A DNA stretch of 64,000 nt. Origin: a candidate division FCPU426 bacterium (GTDB lineage Bacteria; Oederibacteriota; Muellerivitia; Muellerivitales; Muellerivitaceae). The notes below the pieces were generated by a model. It was not told the origin of the DNA, did not search any database, and was given only the letters and a program-made list of their open reading frames with translations. A program made the translations under genes and the position numbers. The stretch's first letter is position 1. Every line of letters starts with the position of its first letter. Positions 62,230 through 64,000 of the stretch are shown one piece after another. The stretch is from contig CAWKAR010000041.1 in assembly GCA_963847625.1 (NCBI GenBank), forward strand, positions 21,138 to 85,137. The letters are read 5' to 3'.

Positions 62230-64000
62230 ATGAAATTCAGATTCTCCCAGTTTAAAACATCTAAACATTTTATTCCCTGGAAAACCCTCGCGTTTTGTTG
62301 CGCATTCATGTTCTCACGTGGCCTTGAAGCGACACCGCTCATCGTAAAGTCCACCCAGCAGACACTGGTAGCCCCTGGGGATGCCGTCACTTACACCCTC
62401 GGAACCGATAACGTAAGCAGCACCGTGAGTGAACAACAGGATTTTAGCGGAGGGATCCCGTCCGGGTGGACCCAGGCGGTCACGGGCGGTACCTGGACTG
62501 CTACCGGAGGATATTTGCAGCAAACCGCCACCGGCCTCTCGGGATATCCCCAGATTATGGACTCCACCATGACGCCGATTCATGACGGAATTTTCCAGAC
62601 GGATATGATGATTTCCTCTCTGGATACGGGACACTTCGACGCGGTTTTTATATTCGACTACGTGGACAGCAACAATTTTTACATGGCAAGGATCAACGCG
62701 AATTCTTGTGATCCGAGCAAAACGACATCCAATCTTTTTCTCGATACGATCATCAACGGCACCCAAACCATACCGGCCGCCTCCGTTACCTCGCCGCACG
62801 GACTGAATCTATTATGCGATACCTGGTACACCATCCAGTTTGAGGTATGCGGCAACAATATCTTGATGAAAGTTTGGCCCACGGGCCAGCCGGAATATGT
62901 CGGCTGGGACCTTAACTTAACCCTATCGGCGGGGGTCACGGGAAACGGGATCGTGGGTTTCCAGGCGAACCAGGGGCCTGTGGCTTACGACAACCTTAAA
63001 GTGTATTCCCTGGGTAGCACCGACGACAGCGTAGTGGTAACCGACACGATCCCCACCGCCATCAATTATGTCGGCAGTTCGTGCGGCTTGACCCATAGCG
63101 GGAGCCTTCTGACCTGGAACGTAGGAACCCTTTCACCCTGCGGTAATCCGCCCTCCTGCCAATGGTGGGGAACGGTTTCTTCCACCGCCTCATCCGCTAC
63201 GTCGGTGGAGGTCATTCCCAATACAGCCGCGATCCGGTCCAGCGAGGTTCCGGCACCCAGCAACAGTTCGGCGACTGTCACGGTGTTAGGTTGTAAGACC
63301 GCCCCTAAGCTGGATTTAGAAGTAGAGGCGACTACTTGTAGCGGCACTGAGAGGGATTACACCTTCCGTGTCATCAACTGGGATAACATTCCCGTGAACC
63401 TCAGCGATCTAACCGTTAAATTCTGGGGAAATTATGCCTGTACCATAACGGCGACTGCATTCGGTGGTGGCCCAGTATCCAGCGCGACCGCATGGCTATA
63501 TGGTGCCGGCGCTCCGACAGCCTCAGCCGTAAGCATGGGACCCTGCACATCCCCTTCTGACCGGCAGGCCAACTGGGAATTTAGCATGACCAACGCCGGG
63601 GTTACCGGTACGATTCCCGCGGCAGGCGGGAGCTGGAACCCGCAGGGTTTCCGCATCAATTGCGGGGATTGGTCGACCATGGATGACACTACTTCCTTCT
63701 CACACGGGGTTGCTTGCGACAGCGCGTTCCATGAATCGCCGTACTTCGCGCTTTATTACCGGGGTTATTTGGTCAAGGAGTATACGAGCAGTACGGCGGC
63801 TGACAGCAATACCGGCACGGAGCCATCCTGCTTGGTTTCATCCTGTTCGGGACCGACTCCTACTCCCACAAACACATTTAGCCCAACGCTGACTCTTACT
63901 TCCACAAGAACAGCGACTTCTTCCCCGACAAATACTCTAACCCCCACACAGACTCCTACCCGCACGAATACACCTACGAACACCAACACACCGACTCCCT
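62230..64000 (+). CDS. Secreted surface protein 4 (DUF11-like Ig with inserted ConA-like domain, CBM3-like domain, start of Thr/Pro stalk); 3'-truncated and absent from the ORF track
   Basis: Hand-translated, stop-free from ATG 62230 to the window end: MKFRFSQF...GLEA|TPLIVKS..APGDAVTYTL...VVVTDTIP...LTWNVGTL...FRVINWDNIPVNLSDLTVKFW...ALYYRGYLV...GTEP...PTPTPTNT. Confidence 0.85.
   Translation, partial: MKFRFSQFKTSKHFIPWKTLAFCCAFMFSRGLEATPLIVKSTQQTLVAPGDAVTYTLGTDNVSSTVSEQQDFSGGIPSGWTQAVTGGTWTATGGYLQQTATGLSGYPQIMDSTMTPIHDGIFQTDMMISSLDTGHFDAVFIFDYVDSNNFYMARINANSCDPSKTTSNLFLDTIINGTQTIPAASVTSPHGLNLLCDTWYTIQFEVCGNNILMKVWPTGQPEYVGWDLNLTLSAGVTGNGIVGFQANQGPVAYDNLKVYSLGSTDDSVVVTDTIPTAINYVGSSCGLTHSGSLLTWNVGTLSPCGNPPSCQWWGTVSSTASSATSVEVIPNTAAIRSSEVPAPSNSSATVTVLGCKTAPKLDLEVEATTCSGTERDYTFRVINWDNIPVNLSDLTVKFWGNYACTITATAFGGGPVSSATAWLYGAGAPTASAVSMGPCTSPSDRQANWEFSMTNAGVTGTIPAAGGSWNPQGFRINCGDWSTMDDTTSFSHGVACDSAFHESPYFALYYRGYLVKEYTSSTAADSNTGTEPSCLVSSCSGPTPTPTNTFSPTLTLTSTRTATSSPTNTLTPTQTPTRTNTPTNTNTPTP

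Overview
A 64-kb bacterial chromosomal window from a Gram-negative (LPS-making) polysaccharide degrader. A lineage such as FCPU426 or Goldbacteria is suspected from protein style, but this is an unverified inference. In order, it holds: a 5'-truncated GT-C-like membrane protein; convergent GH5 and GH9 glycoside hydrolases; a split transketolase plus RuBisCO-like protein operon; an ArsR/thioredoxin/DUF2892/CDF/NifX/DUF134 redox-metal cluster (one thioredoxin has an in-frame TAG); a Cys/Met PLP lyase with a structured leader; PilZ; and a RelE-type toxin-antitoxin pair. Next is the conserved kdsD-kdsC-lpxL-lptCAB-rpoN-hpf-ptsN-hprK-yvcK-mannose-PTS-ptsH-ptsI block. It is interrupted by a 4-gene insert (CDP-alcohol phosphotransferase, ino1, S1/P1 nuclease, amidohydrolase) bracketed by two covarying structured repeats, and by a GH57 gene inside the PTS operon. 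The last 23 kb is the standout. It carries three complete giant secreted proteins (variable Cys-rich lectin-like head, 1,100-1,500-aa (Thr-X)n mucin-like stalk, identical FlgD-Ig/T9SS-like C-terminal domain) and a fourth, truncated one with a CBM3-like head. These are interleaved with DUF2723/TMEM260-like and YfhO-like GT-C glycosyltransferases and share palindromic operators. Together they form a candidate flocculin-like glycosylated adhesin system. All family assignments come from motif recognition by eye; no searches were run.
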